A stretch of DNA of 64,000 nucleotides from Caulobacteraceae bacterium (GCA_036494265.1 DASXOP010000057.1:10539-74538); one strand, 5' to 3'; shown: positions 26,103 through 35,130, counted from the stretch's first letter. Translations and numbers: made by a program. Notes: a model not told the origin generated them from the letters alone.

Positions 26103-26984
26103 GTGGTTCATGTTGGCCGTCATACGAGCCGTTGGGGCGCATACGCTGCAGGTGGAATAGTCGCCGCCGCCCTGGGGGGCGCTGCCCTGGCGGAGCCACC
26201 AGCGCCTCGTTACGGGGTCGGCAGCAGCCCAGAGCAACGCGACAGCGCGCCCCCCACTAGCGACCCCCAGCGTAACCAGCGCGGTTCCCCAAACGCGCCC
26301 CTGTTCTTCGAAAAGGTAAGCGCCTCAGAAGATAAGTCCCGGGCCGCACAAGACGCCCAAAAAGAAAGCCATGAGTATTCGAGCGAAGAATTGACTAACA
26401 AGATCGCCCTTGGTGCGCTTGTGGCTGCTTTTCTCCAGTTCGTTGCCTTGATCATTACTGTATTCGTGATGCGGAGCGCCGCCAGAAGGCAATTCCGCGC
26501 TTACTGCGGGCCGATTGAATTTCGTACCCACCTTCCGCACTTGGGCGACCCCACCTTCGAAGTGCCTGATCCAGCGCCTCCGAATTATGTCTTTACTCAC
26601 TACATCATTTGCACCGTCCAGAATTTCGGAACCACTCCAGCTTTTGATCTCAACGTAGTAATGAATTGGCAACCGGTCACACCTTTTGGCTCTTCCATGC
26701 CGGAGGAGTTCGAATATCCAGATCAGCGCAAAATTATGCAGGATGGAGGAACAGTAGTTGATCCGGGGCAGACGTTTCCGGCCCTCATCGTTGTTAACCC
26801 CGTTGCCGGGTTCCGCGAGGCCAAGGCGAAGCGTGCGACACTCTACCTTTACGGAAATATCGATTACACAGATGCGTTCAAGCGTCGGTGGCGTCGTACC
26901 TTCTGTGTGACATGGGAACCGTGGAATCCCGTAGGACTGCAGTTCATCCCCTATCGGACCCACAACGATGAGAAGCGCATATAA
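26103..26984 (+). CDS. Hypothetical protein in a low-GC islet (signal-like N-terminus plus internal TM helix)
   Basis: The start is proposed at the GTG at 26103 (VHVGRHTSRWGAYAAGGIVAAALGGAALA). The protein has a TM helix IALGALVAAFLQFVALIITVFVM and a roughly 190-aa C-terminal domain of no recognised family. The DNA is visibly A/T-richer than its surroundings. Confidence 0.5.
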   Translation: MVHVGRHTSRWGAYAAGGIVAAALGGAALAEPPAPRYGVGSSPEQRDSAPPTSDPQRNQRGSPNAPLFFEKVSASEDKSRAAQDAQKESHEYSSEELTNKIALGALVAAFLQFVALIITVFVMRSAARRQFRAYCGPIEFRTHLPHLGDPTFEVPDPAPPNYVFTHYIICTVQNFGTTPAFDLNVVMNWQPVTPFGSSMPEEFEYPDQRKIMQDGGTVVDPGQTFPALIVVNPVAGFREAKAKRATLYLYGNIDYTDAFKRRWRRTFCVTWEPWNPVGLQFIPYRTHNDEKRI

Positions 26985-27188
26985 TACGGTCACTGCGGTC
27001 AGACGCCCACTGCGCGCCTCCCAACCAGTCTAGCCCCCTCATAGGTGGTCGGCGAGGAGTCGGGGCAGTGCTGAACCTACGCCCCCAACCCCGACCATTA
27101 CCGCGAATTATCTTTCCCCCCGGCCGCCCCCGCGCCACAAATCCCGCGCACCCAGGGCCTCCCCATGCCCGCCTGGATATCCTGACGC

Positions 27189-29000
27189 GTGATTGGACTC
27201 GTCCTCGCCGTTTCGCTGGCGCTGCCGGCTGTCGATGTGCCTCAGCTGCCGCCGATCACCCGCGATCCGCAGGTGACGTTCGTCGATCACAACGGGGCTG
27301 TCATCGGCGTGCGCGGCGGGCGCTATGCGGCGCCGGTCGATATCGCCAAGCTGCCGGCCTACGTGCCCGCCGCCTTCGTCGCCATCGAGGATCGGCGGTT
27401 CTATGAGCACAACGGCTACGACCTGATTGGCATCGCCCGGGCGATCGCCACCGACGTCGGCGCCGGGCACGCCACCCAGGGCGCCTCGACCATCACCCAG
27501 CAGCTGGCGAAGAACCTGTTCCTCTCGTCCGACCGCACGCTGGAGCGCAAGGGCACGGAGCTGATCTACGCGGTCGAGCTGGAACAGACCTATTCGAAGC
27601 AACAGATCCTCGGGCTTTACCTTTCCAGGGTCTACTTCGGCTCTGGCGCCTACGGCATCGAGGCGGCGGCGCGGCGCTACTTCGGGGTGTCGGCCGAGAA
27701 GCTGACCATCCGCGAGGCGGCGATGCTGGCGGCGATCATGAAGTCGCCCACCGAGTACGATCCCGCCGAGCAGCCGGAGCGCTCGGCCGAGCGCACCAAG
27801 CTGGTGCTTGACGCGATGGTCGAGACCGGCGCGATCACCGATGCGCAGGCCGCCAAGGCGCTGGAAAGCTCGCCCAAGGTGTTCAAGTCGGCGCCGGACG
27901 AGGCCTCGCAGTACTTTGTCGACTGGGTGAACGCTCAGTTCAAGCAAATGGGGCCGCCGAAGCTCGACCTGATCGTCGAGACCACGCTCGACGCCCGCGA
28001 CGAAGCCGCCGCCGACGCAGCCGCCAAGGACACGCTGGCCAAATACGCCAAGGCCCACGTCGAGCAGGCGGCGTTGGTCTCGCTCGATCCGGTCGGGCGG
28101 GTACGGGCGCTGATCGGCGGGGCCAACTACGCGGCCTCGAGCTACAACCGGGCGGTCGATGCGCGCCGCCAGGCCGGCTCGTCGTGGAAGCCGTTCGTCT
28201 ATCTCACCGCGCTCGAGGCCGGGCGCACGCCGGAGACGCCCGTGGTCGACCAGCCGGTGACCATCGACGGCTGGTCTCCCCACAACTTCGAGCCGGAGTT
28301 CCTGGGGCCGATCACGCTGCAGGAGGCGCTGGTCAAGTCGATCAACACCGTCGCGGCGGCGGTCGCCGACGAGGTTGGCCGGCCGAACGTCGCGGCCACC
28401 GCCCAGCGGCTCGGCATCGCCACCCCGATCAGCACCGACCCGGCGATGGCGCTCGGCGCCAGCCTGGTCACGCCGCTGCAGATGGCCCAGGCCTACGACG
28501 CCTTCTCCAACGGCGGCGCGCGGGTGCAGCCCTGGACGATCGAGCGCATCCGCACCGGACTGACCGGCCGGGTGATCTGGACCCATCCGCCGCCGACCAC
28601 CCAGCCCACCATCGGCAACCCGCCGCTGGGCGAGCTCGACCAGATGCTGCGCCAGGTGCTGGTCTCGGGCACCGGGGTGAAGGCGCAGATCCCCGGCTAT
28701 GACCTCGCGGGCAAGACCGGCACCACGTCGGACTTCAGGGACGCCTGGTTCTGCGGCTTCACCGGCGGGCGCACCACCGTGGTCTGGATGGGCCGCGACG
28801 ACAACTCACCGATGCGCGGCATCACCGGCGGCTCGGCCCCGGCGGAGTTCTGGAAGGCGTTCATGCGCGTAGCGCTGAAGCACAGCCCCGTCACCGCCAT
28901 CCCGCCAGGCCCGCCCGCGCCAGCGGTGGCGCCACCGAGCCTCTTCGCGCCGACGCCGCCGCCCGAGCCGGACACCAACGCGATCTCCCCGCAGGAATAA
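27189..29000 (+). CDS. Class A penicillin-binding protein (GT51 glycosyltransferase plus transpeptidase)
   Basis: The GT51 motifs are EDRRFYEHNG and GASTITQQLAKN. The transpeptidase motifs are SSWKP (SxxK), SIN and KTGTT. It has a Pro-rich C-terminal tail. Confidence 0.93.
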   Translation: MIGLVLAVSLALPAVDVPQLPPITRDPQVTFVDHNGAVIGVRGGRYAAPVDIAKLPAYVPAAFVAIEDRRFYEHNGYDLIGIARAIATDVGAGHATQGASTITQQLAKNLFLSSDRTLERKGTELIYAVELEQTYSKQQILGLYLSRVYFGSGAYGIEAAARRYFGVSAEKLTIREAAMLAAIMKSPTEYDPAEQPERSAERTKLVLDAMVETGAITDAQAAKALESSPKVFKSAPDEASQYFVDWVNAQFKQMGPPKLDLIVETTLDARDEAAADAAAKDTLAKYAKAHVEQAALVSLDPVGRVRALIGGANYAASSYNRAVDARRQAGSSWKPFVYLTALEAGRTPETPVVDQPVTIDGWSPHNFEPEFLGPITLQEALVKSINTVAAAVADEVGRPNVAATAQRLGIATPISTDPAMALGASLVTPLQMAQAYDAFSNGGARVQPWTIERIRTGLTGRVIWTHPPPTTQPTIGNPPLGELDQMLRQVLVSGTGVKAQIPGYDLAGKTGTTSDFRDAWFCGFTGGRTTVVWMGRDDNSPMRGITGGSAPAEFWKAFMRVALKHSPVTAIPPGPPAPAVAPPSLFAPTPPPEPDTNAISPQE

Positions 29001-29087
29001 CCCTTCTCCTCCACCGCCCGCAGAGGCGGGGGGAGGTGTCGCGGCGGGCGCAGCCCGGCGTGACGGAGGGGGCGCAGAGCCCTCCCG
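29001..29087. repeat. GC-rich intergenic element related to 15346-15548
   Basis: It contains gggggaggtgtcgcggcg and gtgacggagggggcgcagagcc, which match motifs of the 15346-15548 element. It lies between convergent genes. Confidence 0.45.
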
Positions 29088-30782
29088 CTACGCCGCCGCC
29101 GCGGCGTCCAGCGTTTCGCGCAGTTCGCGCTTGAGGAACTTGCCGCTGGCGTTGCGGGGCAGGTTCTCGGTCATGAACCAGATGTAGCGGGGGATCTTGT
29201 GGCGGGCGAGGTGGTTCGCGCAGTGGGCGCGCATCTCGTCGGCGGTGAGCGCCGCGCCCGGACGCAAGACGATCGCCGCCGCCACTTCCTCGCCCAGCCT
29301 CGCGTCCGGCACGCCGAAGACGCAGCATTCGGCGATCGCCGGGTGGTGGTACATGGCGGCCTCGACCTCGGCGCAATAGACGTTCTCGCCGCCGCGCAGC
29401 ACCATGTCCTTCTTGCGGTCGACGATGAAGATGAAGCCGTCCTCGTCGATCCGCGCCACGTCGCCGGTGTGCAGCCAGCCGTCGGTGATGCTTTCGGCGG
29501 TGGCCTCGGCGCGGTTGAGGTAACCCTTGATCACCGAGGCGCCGCGCACCCAGAGTTCGCCGGTCTCGCCGGGGCCAACCTCATTGCCGTCGTCGTCGAC
29601 GCACTTGGTCTCGAACGTCGGCATCGCCGGGCCGACGCTGGCGGGTTTGTCGACATAGAAGTCGCCGCCGACCGCGGTGATGATCCCGCAGGTTTCGGTC
29701 ATGCCGTAGCCGGTGTTGGGCCGGGCGGTGGCGACCTCGGCGTCGATCTTGGCCACCAGGTCGGGCGGCAGCTGGGCGCCGCCGCCGCCGAGCGAGCCCA
29801 GGCTGGAGGTGTCGGTGGTGGCGAAGTCCGGATGGGTCAGCACCTCGCGGGCCATCACCGGCACGCCGCTCATCGCCGTCACCCGCTCGCGCTCGATCAG
29901 CCGCAGCGCCTCGCCGGCGTCCCAGCGGTACATCAAGACCAGCGTGCCGCCGCCTGCGGTCACGGCATAGGCGCCGCAGTTGTTGGCGGTGACGTGGAAG
30001 AGCGGCGTGGTCAGCAGCGACACGGGGATCGGCACCTCGGCGGGCGCGGCCTCCCCGGTCGAAGCCTGCGTGGCCAGCGTCTGCGCCTGGCCGGCGAAGC
30101 CCATGTTCATCAGGTTGTTGATGCAGCCGCGGTGGGTGAGCTGCGCGCCCTTGGGGAAGCCGGTGGTGCCCGAGGTGTAGAAGATGCAGGCGTCGGCGTC
30201 GGGATCGACCTGGATGTCGGGCATTGCGCCGACCTTGGCGATCACCTCGGACCACGGGATCACGCCGGCCGGCAGCGTCTCGGCGCGTACGCCGACCAGC
30301 TTGGTCGCCGCGGCGGTTTCGGGCCGCTCGAAGATGCGGTCCAGACGGTCGGAGTCGGCGAACACCACCTTCGGCTCGGAGTCCTTGAGGGCGTAAGCCA
30401 CTTCGTCGGCGACCCACCAGGCGTTCATGCCCACCACCGCGACGCCGATCGAGAGCGCGGCCCAGTAGATCAGCATCCATTCAGGAAAGTTGCGCATGGC
30501 GATGCCGATGCGGTCGCCGGGCTTCACCCCTTTCACCAGCAGCCAGTTGGCGATCGAGGCGGTGAGCTTATGCGCCTCGGCGTAGCTGATGCGCTCGTCC
30601 TGGTAGACCAGGTAGGTGCGGTCGGCGAACGCGGCGGTGGAGAGCCAGAGCTCGCGCACGCTCGGAATCGCGTTCTTGTAGGTGCGGATCGGCACGCCGC
30701 CGACCTCGACCGTGGCCACCTCGAACGGCGCCCCCGGTGCGATCAACGTTCCCCAAACCTGCCGCAGCGCTTCGTAATGCAT
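29088..30782 (-). CDS. AMP-dependent acyl-CoA synthetase/ligase
   Basis: AMP-binding motifs are present: YTSGTTGFPKGAQLTH, GYGMTETCG, and WLHTGDVARIDEDGFIFIVDRKKD. The start is taken at the ATG at 30782 (MHYEALRQVWG). Confidence 0.93.
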   Translation of the reverse strand: MHYEALRQVWGTLIAPGAPFEVATVEVGGVPIRTYKNAIPSVRELWLSTAAFADRTYLVYQDERISYAEAHKLTASIANWLLVKGVKPGDRIGIAMRNFPEWMLIYWAALSIGVAVVGMNAWWVADEVAYALKDSEPKVVFADSDRLDRIFERPETAAATKLVGVRAETLPAGVIPWSEVIAKVGAMPDIQVDPDADACIFYTSGTTGFPKGAQLTHRGCINNLMNMGFAGQAQTLATQASTGEAAPAEVPIPVSLLTTPLFHVTANNCGAYAVTAGGGTLVLMYRWDAGEALRLIERERVTAMSGVPVMAREVLTHPDFATTDTSSLGSLGGGGAQLPPDLVAKIDAEVATARPNTGYGMTETCGIITAVGGDFYVDKPASVGPAMPTFETKCVDDDGNEVGPGETGELWVRGASVIKGYLNRAEATAESITDGWLHTGDVARIDEDGFIFIVDRKKDMVLRGGENVYCAEVEAAMYHHPAIAECCVFGVPDARLGEEVAAAIVLRPGAALTADEMRAHCANHLARHKIPRYIWFMTENLPRNASGKFLKRELRETLDAAAAA

Positions 30783-30894
30783 CGTCAGTTCCACTCCCGC
30801 GCCACGTGGGACGCCGCTATCGTTCGGGGTCTTATAGATGATCGGCCGTCGGGGAAGTGAAGGGCCGCTGTTTGCCTTACGTTTCCACTGCATC

Positions 30895-31016
30895 CGTCAT
30901 GGCCGGGCGTCAGTCCCGGCCACCCATGAACGCCGTCGTTCGAGTGGCCGTGCTCCAGCACGGCCATGGCTCAATTCGTGTTCATGGGTCCCCGGGACTG
31001 ACGCCCGGGGATGACG
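30895..31016. repeat. Palindromic element with CGTCATSSCCGGGCGTCAGTCCCGG ends
   Basis: The left arm is cgtcatggccgggcgtcagtcccggccacccatgaac. The right arm gttcatgggtccccgggactgacgcccggggatgacg is its imperfect reverse complement. A central hairpin pairs ggccgtgc with gcacggcc. Confidence 0.65.
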
Positions 31017-31042
31017 GGAGTTGGAGGTAATCGGGACGTGAT

Positions 31043-32113
31043 CTACCGCCCCGCGTGCAGCGCCGCGAGCGCCGCTTCAGCGCGTTCCACGGTGCCGGAG
31101 TTGTCCGAGCTGGCGTCGTGGGCGCCGATGCCGTCGAGGTTTCGCTTGAACACCCCTTGGCCGATCGACGCCAGGCGGAAGGCCGAGAAGGCGAGGTAGA
31201 AGTTGAGGTCGTCGATGTGGTCGCGGCCGGTGCGTCGGCAATAGGCGGCGACGAACGCCTCCCGGGTCGGGATGCCCGACGTGGCGAAGTCTACCCCCAC
31301 CAGCGAGCCCCAGGTCACCGACTTGGAATCCCACAGCATGCAGATGTAGCCGAGGTCGGCGAGCGGGTGGCCGAGGGTGGAGAGTTCCCAGTCGAGCAGG
31401 GCGATCACCCGGGGCTCGGTCGGGTGAAACATCATGTTCTCTGGCCGGTAGTCGCCGTGGGCGATGGTGGTGGTCTCGTCGGCGGGCGTGCGCGCCGGCA
31501 GTTCGGCGATCAGCCGCTCCATCGCCTCGATGTGCTGGGTCTCGGCGCCGCGATACTGCTTGGTCCAGCGGTCGAGCTGGCGGGCGTAGTAGTTGCCGGG
31601 CCGGCCGTAGTCGCCAAGCCCGATCGCCTGGTAGTCAACCTGGTGCAGCCGGGCGAGCACGGCGTTCACGTCATCGTAGATCGCCGCGTGCTCTGCGGGG
31701 TCCAGGCCGGGCAGCCGCGCATCGCGAAAGATCCGGCCCTCCATGAAGTCCATCACGTAGAACGTGGTGCCGATGACGCTTTCGTCGGTGCAGAGCGCGC
31801 GCATCTTCGGCACCGGGAAGTCCACCGTGCCCAACGCCTTCATCACCCGGTATTCGCGGTCGACCTGGTGAGCGCTGGCCAAGAGCTGGCCGGGCGGCTT
31901 CTTGCGCAGCACCAGCCGCTGGTCGCCCGAGGTGACCAGGAAGGTCGGGTTGGAGGCGCCGCCGTGGAACTGGCGCACCTCGATCGCGCCGCCGACGCCC
32001 TCGACGTTCTCGCGCAGCCAGGTCGTCAGCCTGGCTTCGTCGAACCGATGGTTGGCGCGCACCTCGCCGACATTGGTCGGCAGCGGGGAGGGGGTCGGGC
32101 TCGGATCGGCCAT
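31043..32113 (-). CDS. Phosphotransferase-family (APH-fold) kinase of the type associated with acyl-CoA metabolism
   Basis: FHGGASNPTFLV, IAHGDYRPENMMF and ALLDWELSTLGHPLADL are the kinase-fold catalytic motifs. Confidence 0.85.
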   Translation of the reverse strand: MADPSPTPSPLPTNVGEVRANHRFDEARLTTWLRENVEGVGGAIEVRQFHGGASNPTFLVTSGDQRLVLRKKPPGQLLASAHQVDREYRVMKALGTVDFPVPKMRALCTDESVIGTTFYVMDFMEGRIFRDARLPGLDPAEHAAIYDDVNAVLARLHQVDYQAIGLGDYGRPGNYYARQLDRWTKQYRGAETQHIEAMERLIAELPARTPADETTTIAHGDYRPENMMFHPTEPRVIALLDWELSTLGHPLADLGYICMLWDSKSVTWGSLVGVDFATSGIPTREAFVAAYCRRTGRDHIDDLNFYLAFSAFRLASIGQGVFKRNLDGIGAHDASSDNSGTVERAEAALAALHAGR

Positions 32114-32201
32114 TGCTTTCCCTGGAGTATCCGGGCGTCAATCTCACCCAGAGCAAGCCGTAACACGCTGACGAGGCGGCAGGCCAAGAGGAGAGGCGCC
32201 C

Positions 32202-33002
32202 ATGATCGCGATCCAGGACTTCACCTGCACGCTCTACCAGGTGAAAGACCACATCTGCCGCATCACGCTGAACCGCCCCGAACGACGCAACGCGCTGAAC
32301 CCGCGCGCTTACGGCGAGATCGAGTGGGCGTTCCGGCACGCCGAGAACGATCCCGAGGTGCGCTGCGTGATCGTCACAGGCGCCGATCCTTCGTTCTGCT
32401 CCGGCGAGGACGTCAAGGAGATGATGACCGGCGAGGTACGTCCGGAACCGGCGACCGTGCGGGTCAAGTTCGAGCCCACGCCGGCGGCGATGGCGGTCAT
32501 CGAGTGCGACAAGCCGGTGATCGCGGCTGTGAACGGCCCGGCGGTCGGCTGGGGGATGGAGTTGGCGCTCTACGCCGATATCCGCATCGTCTCGGAGAAG
32601 GCGATCTTCGCTGAGCTCTTCATCAAGCGCGGCCTGGTCTGCGACGTCGGTGGGTTCTGGAAGCTGCCGGCGCTGGTCGGTTACGCCAAGGCGGCCGAGC
32701 TGCTCTTCACCGGCGAGCCGGTGAACGCCCGCGACGCGGTGAAAATCGGCCTCGCCTCCCAGATCACCGCCCACCAGGACGTCGTGCGCGCCGCCGAGCA
32801 CCTCGCCGCCCGTATCGCGGTCAACCCGCCGCTGGCGCTGCGGGCAATGAAGCAAGGGCTGCGCAAGGCCGCGCCGGGCGATCCGCGCGAGATCGGCGCG
32901 TGGGCGATCGAAACCATCTACCGCCTCTTCGCCACCGAAGATCACCGCGAAGGGGTCGCCAGCTTCCTGGAAAAGCGCCCGCCTGTGTTCGTGGGGCGGT
33001 GA
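32202..33002 (+). CDS. Enoyl-CoA hydratase/isomerase (crotonase) family protein
   Basis: ITLNRPERRNAL...VIVTGADPSFCSGEDV...AAVNGPAVGWGMELALYADIRI is the crotonase signature. Confidence 0.92.
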   Translation: MIAIQDFTCTLYQVKDHICRITLNRPERRNALNPRAYGEIEWAFRHAENDPEVRCVIVTGADPSFCSGEDVKEMMTGEVRPEPATVRVKFEPTPAAMAVIECDKPVIAAVNGPAVGWGMELALYADIRIVSEKAIFAELFIKRGLVCDVGGFWKLPALVGYAKAAELLFTGEPVNARDAVKIGLASQITAHQDVVRAAEHLAARIAVNPPLALRAMKQGLRKAAPGDPREIGAWAIETIYRLFATEDHREGVASFLEKRPPVFVGR

Positions 33003-33023
33003 AATCCTTCTCCTCCCCCAAAC

Positions 33024-33167
33024 GGGGGAGGGGGACCACGAAGTGGTGGAGGGGCCTCGCCGCCGCGAGCCCTCTGAGGTCGGCCTCCTACAGTCTGAAG
33101 TTCGGGGGGCGGCTACTTGCCCCTCCACCACTTCGTGGTCCCCCTCCCCTGCTGCGCAGGGGAGGGG
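33024..33167. repeat. Inverted pair of the GGGGAGGGGGACCACGAAGTGGTGGAGGGG repeat plus terminal hairpin
   Basis: The unit at 33024-33054 and its exact reverse complement cccctccaccacttcgtggtccccctcccc at 33120-33149 are separated by about 65 bp. They are followed by cccctcccc-tgctgcgca-ggggagggg. Confidence 0.75.
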
Positions 33168-33171
33168 ACTC

Positions 33172-34179
33172 CTACTCCGCGGCGAACGCGAGCACCTTCC
33201 CGGCGGTGTAGCTGGACTTCTGAGCCAGCTCCGCCTTCGCCGCTTCGTACTCATCCGCCAGCCGCGCCACCAACTCGCCCGCAGTCGGCACGTGCTTGAC
33301 CGCGCCGATGCCCTGGCCGCAGCCCCAGATATCGCGCCAGGCCTTGGCCTTTTGGTTGCCGCCGGAGCCGAAGTTCATCTTCGACGGATCGGCGGTGGGC
33401 AGGTCGTCCGGGTCGAGGCCGGCGGCCAGGATCGAGGGGCGCAAGTAGTTGCCGTGCACCCCGGTGAAGAGGTTGGTGTAGACGATGTCGTCGCAGCGGC
33501 TGGCCACGATCATGTTCTTGTAGCCCTCTGCCGCCCGCGCTTCCTGGGTGGCGATGAAGGCCGAGCCGACGTAGGCGAGGTCCGCGCCCATCGCCTGCGC
33601 CGACAGCACCGCGCGGCCATTGGCGATCGCGCCGGATAGCGCGATCGGGCCGTCGAACCACTCGCGCAGTTCCTGGATGAAGGCGAATGGCGACAGCTTG
33701 CCGGCATGGCCGCCCGCGCCGGCCGCGACCGGGATCAGGCCATCGGCGCCTTTCTCGACCGCCTTGCGGGCGAAGACGTCATTGATCACGTCGTGCAGCA
33801 CCACGCCGCCCCAGCTGTGGGCGGCGGCGTTGACGTCCTCGCGGGCGCCCAGCGAGGTGATCATCACCGGAACCTTGTACTTGGCGCAGAGCTCCACATC
33901 CTGCTCGAGCCGGTCGTTGGTCTTGTGCACGATCTGGTTCACCGCGAAGGGCGCCGAGGGTGCCTCGGGGTGGGCGCGATCGTAGTCGGCGAGGGTCTCG
34001 GTGATCTCGGCCAGCCACTCGTCCAGCTGCGAGATCGGCCGCGCATTCAGCGCCGGGAACGAGCCGACAATGCCGGCCTTGCACTGCGCGATCACCAGTT
34101 CCGGGCCGGAAATGATGAACAGCGGCGAGCCGATCACCGGCAGGCGAAGGCGGTCACGCAGGACGGGAGGAAGGGACAT
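33172..34179 (-). CDS. Nitronate monooxygenase (NMO / 2-nitropropane dioxygenase family)
   Basis: The N-terminus LPVIGSPLFIISGPELVIAQCKAGIVGSFP and GADGLIPVAAGAGGHAG are typical of the FMN-dependent NMO/FabK-like fold. Confidence 0.9.
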   Translation of the reverse strand: MSLPPVLRDRLRLPVIGSPLFIISGPELVIAQCKAGIVGSFPALNARPISQLDEWLAEITETLADYDRAHPEAPSAPFAVNQIVHKTNDRLEQDVELCAKYKVPVMITSLGAREDVNAAAHSWGGVVLHDVINDVFARKAVEKGADGLIPVAAGAGGHAGKLSPFAFIQELREWFDGPIALSGAIANGRAVLSAQAMGADLAYVGSAFIATQEARAAEGYKNMIVASRCDDIVYTNLFTGVHGNYLRPSILAAGLDPDDLPTADPSKMNFGSGGNQKAKAWRDIWGCGQGIGAVKHVPTAGELVARLADEYEAAKAELAQKSSYTAGKVLAFAAE

Positions 34180-34242
34180 CAGGAGCGGCTCCAGGATCGG
34201 TCGGTTGCTTGCGTTCCATCACAATAAGCGTACGGTGTAAAC

Positions 34243-34848
34243 ATGGAAATCGCTCTAAAGGCCAAGCGCGCAAGGTCTGCCGACGCCCGCGGCGAGGTGC
34301 GCGGCCGGCTCTGCGAGGCAGCGACCAAGCTGTTCCTGGAGGAAGGCGAAGCGGCGCTCTCGATGCGGCGGCTGGCGGCAGAGGTCGGCTGCAGTCCGAT
34401 GGCGCCCTATCGCCACTTCGCCGACAAGGAAGCGCTGATCGCCGCGATCCGCGCGGCGACCTACGACCGCCTGGCCGACGCGCTCGAGGGGGTGGAGAAA
34501 GACGCCCGCCACCGCGCGGCCGACGTCGGCGAGGCCTATGTCCGCTTCGCCCGCGAGAACCCGACCGCCTACAAGCTGATGTTCGACCTGACGCAGCCGA
34601 ACGAGGCCGCCTATCCCGAACTCGCCGCCGCATCGGCGCGAGCCCGAGGCTCGATGAACGGCTATGTCTACGAGCTGGTTGAGGCCGGCGTCCTGGTCGG
34701 CGACCCGGTTGAGCTCGGCTACGTGTTCTGGGCCGCGATCCATGGGTTGGTGGTGTTGGAACTGGCTGGCCGCATCCCGGCCGACCCTGGCTTCGATCGG
34801 CTGCGACGCATCACGATGGGCGGTCTGATGCGTGGGTTCAGGCCCTAG
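34243..34848 (+). CDS. TetR-family transcriptional regulator
   Basis: It has the N-terminal HTH AATKLFLEEGEAALSMRRLAAEVGCSPMAPYRHF. It is divergent from the NMO gene. Confidence 0.9.
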   Translation: MEIALKAKRARSADARGEVRGRLCEAATKLFLEEGEAALSMRRLAAEVGCSPMAPYRHFADKEALIAAIRAATYDRLADALEGVEKDARHRAADVGEAYVRFARENPTAYKLMFDLTQPNEAAYPELAAASARARGSMNGYVYELVEAGVLVGDPVELGYVFWAAIHGLVVLELAGRIPADPGFDRLRRITMGGLMRGFRP

Positions 34849-35130
34849 CTTGGGGTATTCAGACGCGGCTCAAGCCATGGTTGAGTTGCGTGGCCGACAA
34901 CTATCCGAACGTGACGAATACTTTGATGTCCGAGTCGGATGCGACAATTTGAACTAGGCCAGGCCGCGCCTTCGGAGATCGAATTCCAGAAACATCTTTT
35001 AAGGCCGCGCTAAGCTTTTGAATTCATATTAACCGCTGCTTCATTCAGTCACCGCGCAGCGATTGCGGCAGTAGCGCATCGCTCCCGCGCGGAGCTTAAG
35101 CTTACCGGTGAACGCTCAGGAGATGGCGTC
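34849..35130 (+). promoter_or_regulatory. Unusually AT-rich 282-bp leader/promoter region upstream of the receiver gene
   Basis: By eye this is the most A/T-rich intergenic stretch in the window. It contains TTAA-N7-CTAA (34999-35013), TTAACC (35029-35034) and a hairpin at 35052-35092 (ccgcgcagcgat/atcgct-ccc-gcgcgg). A GGAG lies 8 nt before the ATG at 35131. Confidence 0.35.

Noticed and set aside
26325-26993. 222-aa minus-strand ORF in the low-GC islet
   Set aside because: It is antisense to the more protein-like plus-strand ORF. It lacks a TM or signal logic and has many rare-looking residue runs. I cannot fully exclude it without expression data.
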